From NCBI GenBank assembly GCA_977862235.1, contig OZ374559.1, forward strand, positions 1,054,001 to 1,118,000: a DNA stretch of 64,000 nucleotides. The letters are read 5' to 3'. The position numbers were made by a program, and so were the translations under genes. Every line of letters begins with the position of its first letter. Position 1 is the stretch's first letter. This DNA comes from Dudresnaya verticillata. Taxonomy: Eukaryota. Below, piece by piece: positions 1 to 10,430 of the stretch. The notes beneath the pieces were generated by a model. The model was not told the origin of the DNA. It saw nothing but the letters and a program-made list of their open reading frames with translations, and did no database searches.

Positions 1-1
1 C

Positions 2-979
2 GCCACGCTTCGCCGCGCCACCCTAACGCTCGCCCTCACCGCTCCGCCCATCACTGTCCGTCTCCGCGTCATCGCCAAAACTCGCCGCACCCTAACTCTC
101 CGCGGCTCGGCCAGACATGTGTTCCCACGCCCCTTCGGCCTGCGCATGCACCGGACGAACCGGACTGTCCCGCAAGCTGTGTCCGCGCTAACAACGCTGC
201 TCCGCTCTGGCGACACACCCGCGCGCTTGGTCGCGGTCATCAACTACACCACTGTACTCGCACCGGCTGGTTTCCGCCTTGCACCGTCGGCATTAGTGGT
301 GCTGGCCAACCCGGCAGTGGGTACACGGCTCTGGCTCGCGCGCCCCGCGACGGGTGTGGAGCTACCGGTCGAGGTGCTGGTGGCGGCGTCGCCGTTGGGC
401 GTCGTGTATGTGTGCTGGAACTCGGCGTCGCTACTGAGGGTGCGGTTCCGGCTGGGCGGAGTCAGCAGGGAGGTGGACACGGCGCTGGGCATGATCGATG
501 CGGGTCTGGCGCGGTTTGCAGGGGTCGCAGCGGGGAGGGAGCTCAAGGCTGCCGGGAAGGGGTTTGACGTTGACTGCATCCCGCGTGTGAATGGGATGCG
601 GGTGCGGCGGGGGACTGGAGATGCGAAGGAGGCATTCGACAGGCTTGTTGCGGCGGTTGAGGCTGCCCCGGATCCGTTTTTCATTGCCTTCTCGGTTGAC
701 CACGCAAAGGCTGGCGTGGAGGTCGGGTTTGATGTCAGGGCCCGGCAGAATAGGGTGCTGCTTCTCGGAAACCCGGAGCTTGGGGCGGGCATCATGCAGC
801 AGTCGTTCACGGCGGCGATTGATATCCCGATTAAGTTCTCGGTTTGGACGAACGGAGGGAACCGGTATAGCGTCGGGTTTACAAATCCGGTGTGGTTTGG
901 CAGACGACATTCCGTCAAGACACTGCCGGACGGCTTGCCATTCTTCTTCGGCTTTCAAGAAGCTGCGCTGGGTAAGTAG
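2..979 (+). CDS. Tandem DUF302-domain protein, copy 1 (5' end outside window)
   Basis: Two DUF302-like units (VINYTTVLAPAGFRLAPSALVVLANPAVGTRL..GVELPVEVLV and VDHAKAG..RVLLLGNPELGAGIMQQSFTAAIDIPIKFSVW..GFTNP). The frame is open from the window start. Confidence 0.8.
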   Translation, partial: ATLRRATLTLALTAPPITVRLRVIAKTRRTLTLRGSARHVFPRPFGLRMHRTNRTVPQAVSALTTLLRSGDTPARLVAVINYTTVLAPAGFRLAPSALVVLANPAVGTRLWLARPATGVELPVEVLVAASPLGVVYVCWNSASLLRVRFRLGGVSREVDTALGMIDAGLARFAGVAAGRELKAAGKGFDVDCIPRVNGMRVRRGTGDAKEAFDRLVAAVEAAPDPFFIAFSVDHAKAGVEVGFDVRARQNRVLLLGNPELGAGIMQQSFTAAIDIPIKFSVWTNGGNRYSVGFTNPVWFGRRHSVKTLPDGLPFFFGFQEAALGK

Positions 980-1670
980 AGGCGCGGGAGCTCAAGGCGT
1001 TCGAGTCTTAACGGTTAGGTAACAAGGTTAGTGATGTGCCTTGTCCAGTCTTCGCTGCACCTTCCGAGATAAGGCATTAGCGTGGACGCCGCGAGTGCGG
1101 AACAAGGAAACTTACTACTCATAAGACAACCGTCGTAAAGCTAGTTCGGGACGCAGAGCCGTTCTACACGTAGAGCTCGCTGATGAGCAGTTCCAGCCGC
1201 CTCGACTTTGCCCAACGAAGGAGCTCGAGGCCCGCGCCAGAAGGGAAAGGCTTGTACCTTCGCCGCGAATTTGATCCCAACGATGCGAGAGGCTAATTGG
1301 TCCAAGCTCGGACATCGGAGTGAATACATTGGCCCAAGTGGCCCCAATGAATGCGAACGGTACACGTTGCCTTTCGACACGTGTTCGACCTGTCACAATG
1401 GACACGTGTGAGACGTGAGAGGACTCTGAGGACCCGCCACACTTTCGCTTCCAGGTGGTCCAATAATACGCGTCGGAAAGATATTCGGCCCAATCATCTC
1501 CGCGGACCACTTCGCGTCGCGGATCAACTCTCTCGCGAGATGGATCTTGCGCTCTGCAAAGCAATAGCCCAACCGTTTCTCTTCACCTCTTCAGCGACCA
1601 GCAGTCGCCGTTCCCGTCGCCGCATCGCTCCTCCCCTCCACCGTCAGCGCTCACCATCACCACCACCGCC

Positions 1671-3548
1671 ATGGCAAAGAGGAAGAAGACAAAGAATCCC
1701 CCGCGCCGCCGGGCCCGCCCGCGCTCGAAGACCCCCACTACCTTGCTCGACCTGCCGGACGACGCCCTGCTCAAAATCCTGCGCCAACTCGGCCTCTGCC
1801 CCGACCTCGACACCCACGCCCTCCGCGCCGTATCCCCGGCCTTCGCCCTCGCTCTCACGTCCCGCCGCCTGCACAGTCTCTTCTGCGACGCCTTTGTCTC
1901 GCTGGATGCCCGCCTCATCCGCTTCCTCCCCCCGCCGTCCTTCCACCCCACGCACCGCGCCCCGCATCTCGCCTGGCTGCTGCGCCGCGCCCGCAACCTC
2001 ACCTCTCTCAAGCTCCCGTCCGAGACCGCCGCCGTCGTGCGCGCCCTCCCGCCTGATGCCTGCCTCGAAGAACTTTGCATCGACTCGGACTACGTTGTCG
2101 GCGTTCCGCTCCGCCTCCCGCGCTCGCTCAAGACCCTCAAGGTCGACAAACCCCCTCCCGCCCTTACCGCCCTCCTTGCCGACCTCCACGAGAATGACGA
2201 TGCCTGCGCCCTCACCAAGCTCGACCTCACCGACCTCCGCCCAGAACAGATCCCTGACTTGCTGTCCTTCTTCCGCTACAGCGCCACCCACCTCGAGAAC
2301 CTATATGTCACTTTCCACCTCCCGTGTGATGACCGTGGTGCCCGCAAACGCGACAATGAGAAAGTGACTGCTGCTATCCGCACCATCTGCGAGGAGCATG
2401 TCAAGGCCGCACCGGTCATCCAGAGCGTCATTTTCGCGCTCGCCGAGAACTCCCATATCGACGAAGATTTTGCGGCAGTCGATGTGTCCAAAGTACAACC
2501 CCACATTGAACGGCACCGTCGCGAAAACGCTCATCTGGTCTCTTCCCGCGCTTCTTCCTCTAACGACCGTTCTTCCTCTAACAATCGCTCTTCCTGCAGC
2601 TTCCTCTCGTTTCACACCGACGGCAAGCTCTTTTCAGACTGGTTCCATGCCGTCACGCCCGCGATAGGTCGGACTACGGTCATCACAGCTGAGGCCGCTC
2701 TCTACGGCGTAGCCTTCGCACCCGCCTTCATGGGGCCTGCTGTGCACCGTATGCCAGTTACCGTCCGCATTGGTAGCGACATGAATTCGCCGATCCCGAC
2801 AATCCAGGAACTGCGTGACTTTGAAGTCGAAGCGCAGGGCCTCTACCTCACCGACCGCACCGTTATCGACAAGTACCATTACTCCGACAACTATCGTGAC
2901 GCTACCATCGCTTACGCCGCTGCTGCAGGCTTCAATAGTTTTCTCCATTGCAATGTCGCGTTCGGTTACCGTGTCGCGCGTTTCTTCGCGGAAGGCGACC
3001 AAGATTTTTTGGCAAACCTCCTGGCCAATCTGCAGTTTGATGACACCGAAGAGTCGCCCCCCTTCGTCGCGTATACCTTCTTCTGCGACCTCTTTGCCGT
3101 CACCCCGAACGCGACCGAGGTCAACCTCTCCTTCGACTGCGTCTCATACACGCATGAAAACGAGTCGATAGCGAGGCGCATGCTCGAGCGACTGCCAAAC
3201 CTGGAGGAACTGACGTTGCAGATGCCTGTCAAGGGAGCGGGCAGCGCCTGCGACGGCCTTATGGACCCAACGGCGGACTTTTTGCGAGGCCTGCCAGTCT
3301 TTCTCCGCGTGCTCGCGGGCGCCAACGGCAAGCTCGAGGCAGTCTGGCTTCAAGATATTGGGGATATGATGTGGGACGTTGATGATGAGGACGAGGAAGA
3401 GCGGCTTCTGGAGGAGGCCGAGAAGGCGGTTGAGGAGTTTGAGCGGGAGCGCCCTGGGGTTATCATCGACAGCTTGCGCGCAATGTTGCGGTACTGGAAG
3501 AGGAGCTGGACGGCAGAGTGGCAGTTTGCACATCTCTTTCCGGCGTAG
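1671..3548 (+). CDS. F-box protein with degenerate LRR-like repeats, copy 1 (625 aa)
   Basis: ATG start, basic NLS-like KRKK..RRR, F-box-like LLDLPDDALLKILRQL, and LxxLxL units (NLTSLKL, SLKTLKV, ALTKLDL, HLENLYV, NLEELTL). No introns. Confidence 0.8.
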   Translation: MAKRKKTKNPPRRRARPRSKTPTTLLDLPDDALLKILRQLGLCPDLDTHALRAVSPAFALALTSRRLHSLFCDAFVSLDARLIRFLPPPSFHPTHRAPHLAWLLRRARNLTSLKLPSETAAVVRALPPDACLEELCIDSDYVVGVPLRLPRSLKTLKVDKPPPALTALLADLHENDDACALTKLDLTDLRPEQIPDLLSFFRYSATHLENLYVTFHLPCDDRGARKRDNEKVTAAIRTICEEHVKAAPVIQSVIFALAENSHIDEDFAAVDVSKVQPHIERHRRENAHLVSSRASSSNDRSSSNNRSSCSFLSFHTDGKLFSDWFHAVTPAIGRTTVITAEAALYGVAFAPAFMGPAVHRMPVTVRIGSDMNSPIPTIQELRDFEVEAQGLYLTDRTVIDKYHYSDNYRDATIAYAAAAGFNSFLHCNVAFGYRVARFFAEGDQDFLANLLANLQFDDTEESPPFVAYTFFCDLFAVTPNATEVNLSFDCVSYTHENESIARRMLERLPNLEELTLQMPVKGAGSACDGLMDPTADFLRGLPVFLRVLAGANGKLEAVWLQDIGDMMWDVDDEDEEERLLEEAEKAVEEFERERPGVIIDSLRAMLRYWKRSWTAEWQFAHLFPA

Positions 3549-4570
3549 GCGGGCGGGATGTGCTTGCGGGCACACGAAACTTGCATTGAGGGGATGGAGC
3601 TTTCTCTCAATGTACGTTCGAAGGTAGGTACCGTTCTTCAGCGCGCACAACCGCAGTAGACTGGCCTTTTGTGTCGATCGTGAGGCTTGCATGGAGTCAG
3701 GGAGTAATCTGGTCGCAGGGTTATCAATTTGAGATACTGTACTGTATGATGCCCGAATCGATTTCCGCCTTTTGCCAATATGGCAAGCTGCTTGAGCTTT
3801 CATTGTAAAAGTCGAACTGCCGTTGCTCGTTTGGATGTCGTGTGTGATAGCGATGATGCGCCAGCCCGAGCCACCGGTAGGGCGGGTGAACGCGCTGATT
3901 TAGGATACGGGCGGTTGGAGGCTGTTTTGGCGATGTCGGGGGAAGATTGGTCTCGTTTGCGGCCTGACCGAGCATGCGTGACCTGCTCATGAGAGAGTGA
4001 AGCTTTGCATGTCGCAGTGTTTGAAAAAAGTCTTGTTTTACCTCGTGAATCGATACCTCGACTGAGCGGCGACTGATAAAGAGTCTCGCCTCCCGCCGAC
4101 CGTCGGCGGGGTCGCTCAGAGCGGCCAAACAAACGGGTGAAGGCCCCCTGATATAACTGACATCTAAGGCATACGCCAACATGAAATGCGCGCAATTATA
4201 AAGGAAAAGTACATACGCACGGCCAGGGCCACTGACGTCAGCACGTTACTCGCCACGGTATGATAAATTCCTACAGTGGGCACTCCGTGCGGTGCTGTGT
4301 TTCACCGTTCTCATTTACCTCATGCTCGGTGTTGTTCATTAAACAATTGGAGCGTCCATATGACCCTCACTGCCAACGCACACGTACGCCCCATTTGCCG
4401 AATAAAATCTGTAGTCGGGCACCGTCGCCTTTGCTATACAATTCTTTTGCGTCCCATAATGCACCGCCTCGTTAATCTTCATCCTTCTTCTGCAATGAAT
4501 CTCGTTCAATCGACCAACGCACTTATCCACGCACAGAACATCCTTCCGACAGCATGGGACAAACTTGTCG

Positions 4571-5302
4571 TTAAAGTTCAGAATCGCTCCTTTTCGACTT
4601 GCGCCATTGATCCCACAAGGAGTTGTCTCTCCAGAACGCAAACCAATTGGTCACCGCAGTAACTTGCTCGCATTTGTTTCCGGTACCAGTGTTAATAAAG
4701 CCAATTGCAAATCGCTTTGAAGTATCCTGCATCAGCATGTGCATGACGTGCGACGAGTTGACCTTGGTGTCAATGTCACGGACCAAGATAAAATCATAGC
4801 GCCTCCATCGATCGCGATGCTCGTGCAGCACATCCACCTTTGTCCATGTCGCTCTCCGCCAGGTCTTTCCAGGAGAGGAACGGCGCAGGATATGACGGTC
4901 GCAAGAGGTGGAAGGGAAATTGTACGAGGTTTTCGCTTGTTCCTCCAGCTCGTCTCGATCCACAGCCAGAATCTCTGCACACGAGAAGGGTAGTTGTAGG
5001 GCTGCGTGAACGAGTTGACGAGTACTTGATGACTGCGAATACACGCGGAATGCGCTTTTGGGAACTGGTGACTGGAGAAGGAAAACAAGAGAGGTGAGTG
5101 CCGCGAGTGAAGCCACGAAGAAGATGGAATTGGTTCTGGAAGCACGGGAAAAAGTCATAGATACGAACATGTTTTGGACGCTTGGAAGGGTGCGTAGCAC
5201 ACAGGCGACTGTAACGAGCACGGAAACTATTGTTATAACGGCGACGACTGGTGTGGCACCTTCGTTTTGTGTGGCCACGTGTGACGGAAGCGAGGCGAGC
5301 AC
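4571..5302 (-). CDS. Putative membrane-anchored glycosyltransferase-like protein in the palindrome spacer (start uncertain)
   Basis: Hydrophobic anchor (IFFVASLAALTSLVFLL), then W-x-K..YDFILVRDIDT, which resembles the WxK..DxD motif of GT34/MNN10-type transferases. The ORF is short, so it may be truncated. Confidence 0.4.
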   Translation of the reverse strand: MLASLPSHVATQNEGATPVVAVITIVSVLVTVACVLRTLPSVQNMFVSMTFSRASRTNSIFFVASLAALTSLVFLLQSPVPKSAFRVYSQSSSTRQLVHAALQLPFSCAEILAVDRDELEEQAKTSYNFPSTSCDRHILRRSSPGKTWRRATWTKVDVLHEHRDRWRRYDFILVRDIDTKVNSSHVMHMLMQDTSKRFAIGFINTGTGNKCEQVTAVTNWFAFWRDNSLWDQWRKSKRSDSEL

Positions 5303-6031
5303 TGGGCAGGTCAGTTGCGACGTTGGAGGCTTTTATGCAAAACGTTTGTCCCAGAACGTGCACCTTCTGAACTTGAACGAAGAAATACGCTATGGCCCAA
5401 ACCACGTCGCCTTCGATGAGCAAAATCGCGCGCGGGCACGCTGTGCCGCTAGACTGTGTCTAAACGCATGGACCTACTCCGCCGTAAAGTCGAGGCGGTA
5501 GAAGGGAGTCATAGCAACTGCGGGCCACGCGAGGGTTTGCCGTGATGGCATTTGATGGGCAACGGCTCCCTCCCGCGTGCAGCCGGCTGACGACCGGCCC
5601 TGAATGCGCGCCAATCGCGGCAATTGTATTGGATGTTCTCTTTCCCTCCGCGCGTCGCCAGGCATCGTTTCCGCCACGTGGCTGCGTGGCCACCGCCCAC
5701 GCGGTTGGCGGCCTCCGCGCCGATCCGTGCGGTGCGGTGCCCGCCCGCGCACCCATCGATGCACAACAAACAACCCGACCGCGCTGCGCATACCGAAGGT
5801 GCGCAAAGTATGGAGACGGCCGCTGACCCTCCACACTTGCCCGGAAGTAGCCGCAGCCGCCACTGCTATCGCAGTGATCCACTCTCAATTCCCGCACCCA
5901 GCCTCGGTGCGAGAACGTACATCGGGTAAGTATGGCAACAACATCCATCAGCCTCGCATTCACCGCCTGGCACAGCCGCACAGCGTGCCCAAGATCCAAT
6001 TGGAGTACGTCATTGCATCCAAAGCCGCCAA

Positions 6032-9000
6032 GTCGCGCATGCGCGGTCAGGCCGCAAACAAGACCAATCTTCCCCCGACATCGCCAAAACAGCCTCCAAC
6101 CGCCCGTATCCTAAATCAGCGCGTTCACCCGCCCGACCGGTGGCTCGGGCTGGCGCATCATCGCCATCACACACGACATCCAAACGAGCAACGGCAGTTC
6201 GACTTTTACAATGAAAGCTCAAGCAGCTTGCCATATTGGCAAAAGGCGGAAATCGATTCGGGCATCATGCAGTATCTCAAATTGATTGTGACCAGATTGC
6301 TCCCTGACTCCGTGCAAGCCTCACGATCGACACAAAAGGCCAGTCTACCGCGGTTGTGCGCGCTGAAGAACGGTACCTACCTTCGAACGTACATTGAGAG
6401 AAAGCTCCATCCCCTCAATGCACGTTTCGTTTGCCCGCAAGCCCGTCCCGCCCGCCTACGCCGGAAAGAGATATGAAACCTGCCACTGGGCTGCCGTCCA
6501 GCTCCTCTTCCAGTACCGCAACATTGCGCGCAAACTGTCGATGATAACCCCAGGGCGCTCCCGCTCAAACTCCTCAACCGCCTTCTCGGCCTCCTCCAGA
6601 AGCCGCTCTTCCTCCCCCTCCTCATCATCCTTCCACATCATATCCCCAATATCCTGAAGCCAGACTGCCTCGAGCTTGCCGTTGGCGCCCGCGAGCACGC
6701 GGAGAAAGACTGGCAGGCCTCGCAAAAAGTCCGCCGTTGGGTCCATAAGGCCGTCGCAGGCGCTGCCCGCTCCCTTGACAGGCATCTGCAACGTCAGTTC
6801 CTCCAGGTTTGGCAGTCGCTCGAGCATGCGCCTCGCTATCGACTCGTTTTCATGCGTGTATGAGACGCAGTCGAAGGAGAGGTTGACCTTGGTCGCGTTC
6901 GGGGTGACGGCGAAGAGGTCGCAGAAGAAGGTATACGCGACGAAGGGGGGCGACTCTTCGGTGTCATCAAACTGCAGATTGGCCAGGAGGTTTGCCAAAA
7001 AATCTTGGTCGCCTTCCGCGAAGAAACGCGCGACACGGTAACCGAACGCGACATTGCAATGGAGAAAACTATTGAAGCCTGCAGCAGCGGCGTAAGCGAT
7101 GGTAGCGTCACGATAGTTGTCGGAGTAATGGTACTTGTCGATAACGGTGCGGTCGGTGAGGTAGAGGCCCTGCGCTTCGACTTCAAAGTCACGCAGTTCC
7201 TGGATTGTCGGGATCGGTGAATTCATGTTGCTACCAATGCGGACAGTAACTGGCATACGGTGCACAGCAGGCCCCATGAAGGCGGGTGCGAAGGCTACGC
7301 CGTAGAGAGCGGCCTCAGCTGTGATGACCGTAGTCCGACCTATCGCGGGCGTGACGGCATGGAACCAGTCTGAAAAGAGCTTGCCGTCGGTGTGAAACGA
7401 GAGGAAGCTGCAGGAAGAGCGATTGTTAGAGGAAGAACGGTCGTTAGAGGAAGAAGCGCGGGAAGAGACCAGATGAGCGTTTTCGCGACGGTGCCGTTCA
7501 ATGTGGGGTTGTACTTTGGACACATCGACTGCCGCAAAATCTTCGTCGATATGGGAGTTCTCGGCGAGCGCGAAAATGACGCTCTGGATGACCGGTGCGG
7601 CCTTGACATGCTCCTCGCAGATGGTGCGGATAGCAGCAGTCACTTTCTCATTGTCGCGTTTGCGGGCACCACGGTCATCACACGGGAGGTGGAAAGTGAC
7701 ATATAGGTTCTCGAGGTGGGTGGCGCTGTAGCGGAAGAAGGACAGCAAGTCAGGGATCTGTTCTGGGCGGAGGTCGGTGAGGTCGAGCTTGGTGAGGGCG
7801 CAGGCATCGTCATTCTCGTGGAGGTCGGCAAGGAGGGCGGTAAGGGCGGGAGGGGGTTTGTCGACCTTGAGGGTCTTGAGCGAGCGCGGGAGGCGGAGCG
7901 GAACGCCGACAACGTAGTCCGAGTCGATGCAAAGTTCTTCGAGGCAGGCATCAGGCGGGAGGGCGCGCACGACGGCGGCGGTCTCGGACGGGAGCTTGAG
8001 AGAGGTGAGGTTGCGGGCGCGGCGCAGCAGCCAGGCGAGATGCGGGGCGCGGTGCGTGGGGTGGAAGGACGGCGGGGGGAGGAAGCGGATGAGGCGGGCA
8101 TCCAGCGAGACAAAGGCGTCGCAGAAGAGACTGTGCAGGCGGCGGGACGTGAGAGCGAGGGCGAAGGCCGGGGATACGGCGCGGAGGGCGTGGGTGTCGA
8201 GGTCGGGGCAGAGGCCGAGTTGGCGCAGGATTTTGAGCAGGGCGTCGTCCGGCAGGTCGAGCAAGGTAGTGGGGGTCTTCGAGCGCGGGCGGGCCCGGCG
8301 GCGCGGGGGATTCTTTGTCTTCTTCCTCTTTGCCATGGCGGTGGTGGTGATGGTGAGCGCTGACGGTGGAGGGGAGGAGCGATGCGGCGACGGGAACGGC
8401 GACTGCTGGTCGCTGAAGAGGTGAAGAGAAACGGTTGGGCTATTGCTTTGCAGAGCGCAAGATCCATCTCGCGAGAGAGTTGATCCGCGACGCGAAGTGG
8501 TCCGCGGAGATGATTGGGCCGAATATCTTTCCGACGCGTATTATTGGACCACCTGGAAGCGAAAGTGTGGCGGGTCCTCAGAGTCCTCTCACGTCTCACA
8601 CGTGTCCATTGTGACAGGTCGAACACGTGTCGAAAGGCAACGTGTACCGTTCGCATTCATTGGGGCCACTTGGGCCAATGTATTCACTCCGATGTCCGAG
8701 CTTGGACCAATTAGCCTCTCGCATCGTTGGGATCAAATTCGCGGCGAAGGTACAAGCCTTTCCCTTCTGGCGCGGGCCTCGAGCTCCTTCGTTGGGCAAA
8801 GTCGAGGCGGCTGGAACTGCTCATCAGCGAGCTCTACGTGTAGAACGGCTCTGCGTCCCGAACTAGCTTTACGACGGTTGTCTTATGAGTAGTAAGTTTC
8901 CTTGTTCCGCACTCGCGGCGTCCACGCTAATGCCTTATCTCGGAAGGTGCAGCGAAGACTGGACAAGGCACATCACTAACCTTGTTACCTAACCGTTAAG

Positions 9001-10006
9001 ACTCGAACGCCTTGAGCTCCCGCGCCTCTACTTACCCAGCGCAGCTTCTTGAAAGCCGAGGAGGAACGGCAAACCGTTTGGCAGCGTCTTGACGGAATGC
9101 CGCCTGCCAAACCACACCGGATTTGTAAACCCGACGCTATACCGGTTCCCTCCGTTCGTCCAAACCGAGAACTTAATCGGGATATCAATTGCCGCCGTGA
9201 ACGACTGCTGCATGATGCCCGCGTCAAGCTCCGGGTTTCCGAGAAGCAGCACCCTATTCTGCCGAGCCCTGACATCAAACCCGGCCTCCACGCCAGCCTT
9301 TGCGTGGTCAACCAAGAAGGCAATGAAAAACGGATCCGGGGCCGCCTCAACCGCCGTAACAAGCCTGTCGAATGCCTCCTTCGCATCTCCAGTCCCCCGC
9401 CGCACCCGCATCCCATTCACACGCGGGATGCGGTCAACGTCAAACCCCTTCCCGGCAGCCTTGAGCTCCCTCCCCGCTGCGACCCCTGCAAACCGCGCCA
9501 GACCCGCATCGATCATGCCCAGCGCCGTGTCCACCTCCCTGCTGACTCCGCCTAGTCGGAACCGCACCCTTAGTATCGACGCCGAGTTCCAGCACACATA
9601 CACGACGCCCAACGGCGACGCCGCCACCAGCACCTCGACCGGTAGCTCCACACCCGTCGCGAGGCGCGCCAGCCAGAGCCGTGTACCTACTGCCGGGTTG
9701 GCCAGCACCACTAATGCCGACGGTGCAAGGCGGAAACCAGCCGGTGCGAGTACAGTGGTGTAGTTGATGACTGCGACCAAGCGTGCGGGTGTATTGCCAG
9801 AGCGGAGCAACGTTGTTAGCGCGGAAACAGCTTGCGGGACAGTGCGGTTCGTCCGGTACATGCGCAGGCCAAAGGGGCGCGGGAACACATGCCTGGCCGA
9901 GCCGCGGAGAGTTAGGGTGCGGCGAGTTTTGGCGATGACGCGGAGACGGACAGTGATAGGCGGAGCAGTGAGGGCGAGCGTTAGGGTGGCGCGGCGAAGC
10001 GTAGCG
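6032..10006 (-). repeat. Right arm of large inverted duplication
   Basis: Reverse complement of 1-3982. It probably extends past 10006, but the partner sequence lies outside the window. Confidence 0.97.
6456..8336 (-). CDS. F-box protein with degenerate LRR-like repeats, copy 2 (626 aa)
   Basis: Near-identical to copy 1. It differs at GSD/GSN, ATE/ATK and within the last ~60 residues. Confidence 0.8.
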   Translation of the reverse strand: MAKRKKTKNPPRRRARPRSKTPTTLLDLPDDALLKILRQLGLCPDLDTHALRAVSPAFALALTSRRLHSLFCDAFVSLDARLIRFLPPPSFHPTHRAPHLAWLLRRARNLTSLKLPSETAAVVRALPPDACLEELCIDSDYVVGVPLRLPRSLKTLKVDKPPPALTALLADLHENDDACALTKLDLTDLRPEQIPDLLSFFRYSATHLENLYVTFHLPCDDRGARKRDNEKVTAAIRTICEEHVKAAPVIQSVIFALAENSHIDEDFAAVDVSKVQPHIERHRRENAHLVSSRASSSNDRSSSNNRSSCSFLSFHTDGKLFSDWFHAVTPAIGRTTVITAEAALYGVAFAPAFMGPAVHRMPVTVRIGSNMNSPIPTIQELRDFEVEAQGLYLTDRTVIDKYHYSDNYRDATIAYAAAAGFNSFLHCNVAFGYRVARFFAEGDQDFLANLLANLQFDDTEESPPFVAYTFFCDLFAVTPNATKVNLSFDCVSYTHENESIARRMLERLPNLEELTLQMPVKGAGSACDGLMDPTADFLRGLPVFLRVLAGANGKLEAVWLQDIGDMMWKDDEEGEEERLLEEAEKAVEEFERERPGVIIDSLRAMLRYWKRSWTAAQWQVSYLFPA

Positions 10007-10263
10007 GTGGCATGGACGAGGTTTGGGAGGATGGAAGAGGTTGCGCTAAAGTGTGTGGGGGTGGTGGGTTTGAGTTTGAGGGAGCGGAGGAGCGGAGGAA
10101 GAGCGGGGATGGACGGGAAACGGATCGAACCCGTGCGTGATATCCTTGCCGTGAAAGACGGGACCTTCACTTGGTCGCGCAGCGTGCGAGTTGTGGCCAG
10201 GGAGAGGGTGAAGAGGGCCGTTGGGAGGAGGAGGAGGAGGAGGATGGGGACGAGGCGCGGCAT
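9028..10263 (-). CDS. Secreted tandem DUF302-domain protein, copy 2 (411 aa, complete)
   Basis: ATG start, signal-peptide-like MPRLVPILLLLLLPTALFTLSLA, and two DUF302-like units. Confidence 0.82.
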   Translation of the reverse strand: MPRLVPILLLLLLPTALFTLSLATTRTLRDQVKVPSFTARISRTGSIRFPSIPALPPLLRSLKLKPTTPTHFSATSSILPNLVHATATLRRATLTLALTAPPITVRLRVIAKTRRTLTLRGSARHVFPRPFGLRMYRTNRTVPQAVSALTTLLRSGNTPARLVAVINYTTVLAPAGFRLAPSALVVLANPAVGTRLWLARLATGVELPVEVLVAASPLGVVYVCWNSASILRVRFRLGGVSREVDTALGMIDAGLARFAGVAAGRELKAAGKGFDVDRIPRVNGMRVRRGTGDAKEAFDRLVTAVEAAPDPFFIAFLVDHAKAGVEAGFDVRARQNRVLLLGNPELDAGIMQQSFTAAIDIPIKFSVWTNGGNRYSVGFTNPVWFGRRHSVKTLPNGLPFLLGFQEAALGK

Positions 10264-10430
10264 TGTGCGAGGCTTGCGGTGGTGAGTGGTGGGGAGAGAG
10301 GGTGTTGAGAAGAGAGTCTTCCGAGTGGGAAGCCAATTCGTTCGTTTGCGAGAGTCTTCGAGTTAGTCTGCTTATATCAGCGTTGGCAACAGTCAAAATT
10401 TTCTCCGCTTGACATCCGGCTACGCGTGTG

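Larger units (their letters stand above)
1..3982 (+). repeat. Left arm of large inverted duplication (truncated by window start)
   Basis: Position p pairs with ~10007-p on the opposite strand (1-46 is the near-exact reverse complement of 9961-10006). Mirrored ORFs include 1671..3548(+) and 6456..8336(-). Similarity ends near 3982/6032. Confidence 0.97.

Noticed and set aside
1351..2367. 338-aa ORF and antisense ORFs overlapping the F-box genes (and their mirrors)
   Set aside because: Shadow frames of a GC-rich coding sequence.
5604..6476. 290-aa ORF
   Set aside because: It spans the spacer/arm junction, has no recognisable domain, and its mirror is not open over the same length.
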